Shown here: one piece after another, positions 31,719 through 32,000 of the stretch
Numbering within the stretch: position 1 is the stretch's first letter
Layout of the letters: the number at the start of each line of letters is the position of its first letter
DNA from: an uncultured Methanobacterium sp.
GTDB lineage: Archaea > Methanobacteriota > Methanobacteria > Methanobacteriales > Methanobacteriaceae
Direction: 5' to 3'
Length of the DNA: 32,000 nucleotides
Assembly (NCBI GenBank): GCA_964508435.1
Contig: CAZDTW010000008.1
Span: forward strand, 5,870-37,869
Notes under the pieces: generated by a model
Told to the model about the DNA's origin: nothing
Databases searched by the model: none
Seen by the model: only the letters and a program-made list of their open reading frames with translations
Translations under genes and position numbers: made by a program

Positions 31719-32000
31719 ATGGAATTCATCTTTAAAGCACTTGGACATCCCAATATCACCTCCAAGCATAGCTCCACCTTCGAAATAACCATGGATCCTG
31801 AAATTGGGAAAGCAGCTGATTGTATAATTGGTGTTTCATCCGACTCGGTAATGGGGGACATTCCTCCTGAAATAAAAATGGCCTTACAGCAGGAAAATAC
31901 GGCTGTAAGATTAATTTTAAAGACAAAAAGTGCTCAGGACGAAATATCGGGATGTGGACATCCTCTTTTGACCCTGAATCATCCCACTGATATGGTTTGC
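31719..32000 (+). CDS. DUF371-family protein, N-terminal part (3' end outside window)
   Basis: MEFIFKALGHPNITSKHSSTFEITMDPEIGKAADCIIGVSSD matches the DUF371 pattern. AAGGAG (31704-31709) lies upstream. The frame is open to the window end. Confidence 0.6.
   Translation, partial: MEFIFKALGHPNITSKHSSTFEITMDPEIGKAADCIIGVSSDSVMGDIPPEIKMALQQENTAVRLILKTKSAQDEISGCGHPLLTLNHPTDMVC

Overview
The window reads as a gene-dense (about 90% coding) core chromosomal segment of a methanogenic archaeon, most likely Methanobacteriales (Methanobacterium-like). That assignment is an inference from gene content: a pseudomurein-type Mur ligase, NifH-like cfbC (coenzyme F430), archaeal riboflavin genes arfB and arfC, archaeal pantoate kinase, an LSm-L37e operon, an ASH-Ski2-type helicase, and GGTGAT-type Shine-Dalgarno motifs. 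I call 36 protein-coding genes.

The genes group as follows:
- Purine synthesis: purC, purS, purQ, purF.
- Tetrapyrrole/F430: cobA, hemD, cfbC.
- Riboflavin: arfC, arfB.
- CoA: pantoate kinase.
- Other housekeeping: glmS, srp19, a RecJ/GAN-like DHH nuclease, and a MacB-type ABC exporter with an upstream wHTH regulator.
- A bacterial-looking XRE-cupin / thioesterase / acyl-CoA ligase cassette.
- An orphan triple-PAS histidine kinase, a U32 Fe-S protein and a CBS protein.
- A GIY-YIG (DUF123) / DUF371 divergent pair.
- Three small signal-peptide proteins rich in N-glycosylation sequons.

I found no tRNA, rRNA, CRISPR array, integrase, transposase or obvious mobile element. I also see no clear multi-gene novel system such as a defence island.

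The most second-look-worthy items are single genes in suggestive contexts:
- An uncharacterised Toprim + coiled-coil protein translationally abutted to rpl37e in the LSm operon.
- A stand-alone Mur ligase with an inserted 4-Cys knuckle.
- The Cys-cluster-bearing ASH-Ski2 helicase.
- The CBS-cfbC coupled pair next to a U32 Fe-S protein.
- The regulator/thioesterase/ligase cassette.
- A PHP phosphoesterase whose conserved N-terminal HxH motif lies upstream of any canonical start codon.

Several ORF-track starts were re-assigned using SD spacing and N-terminal family signatures.
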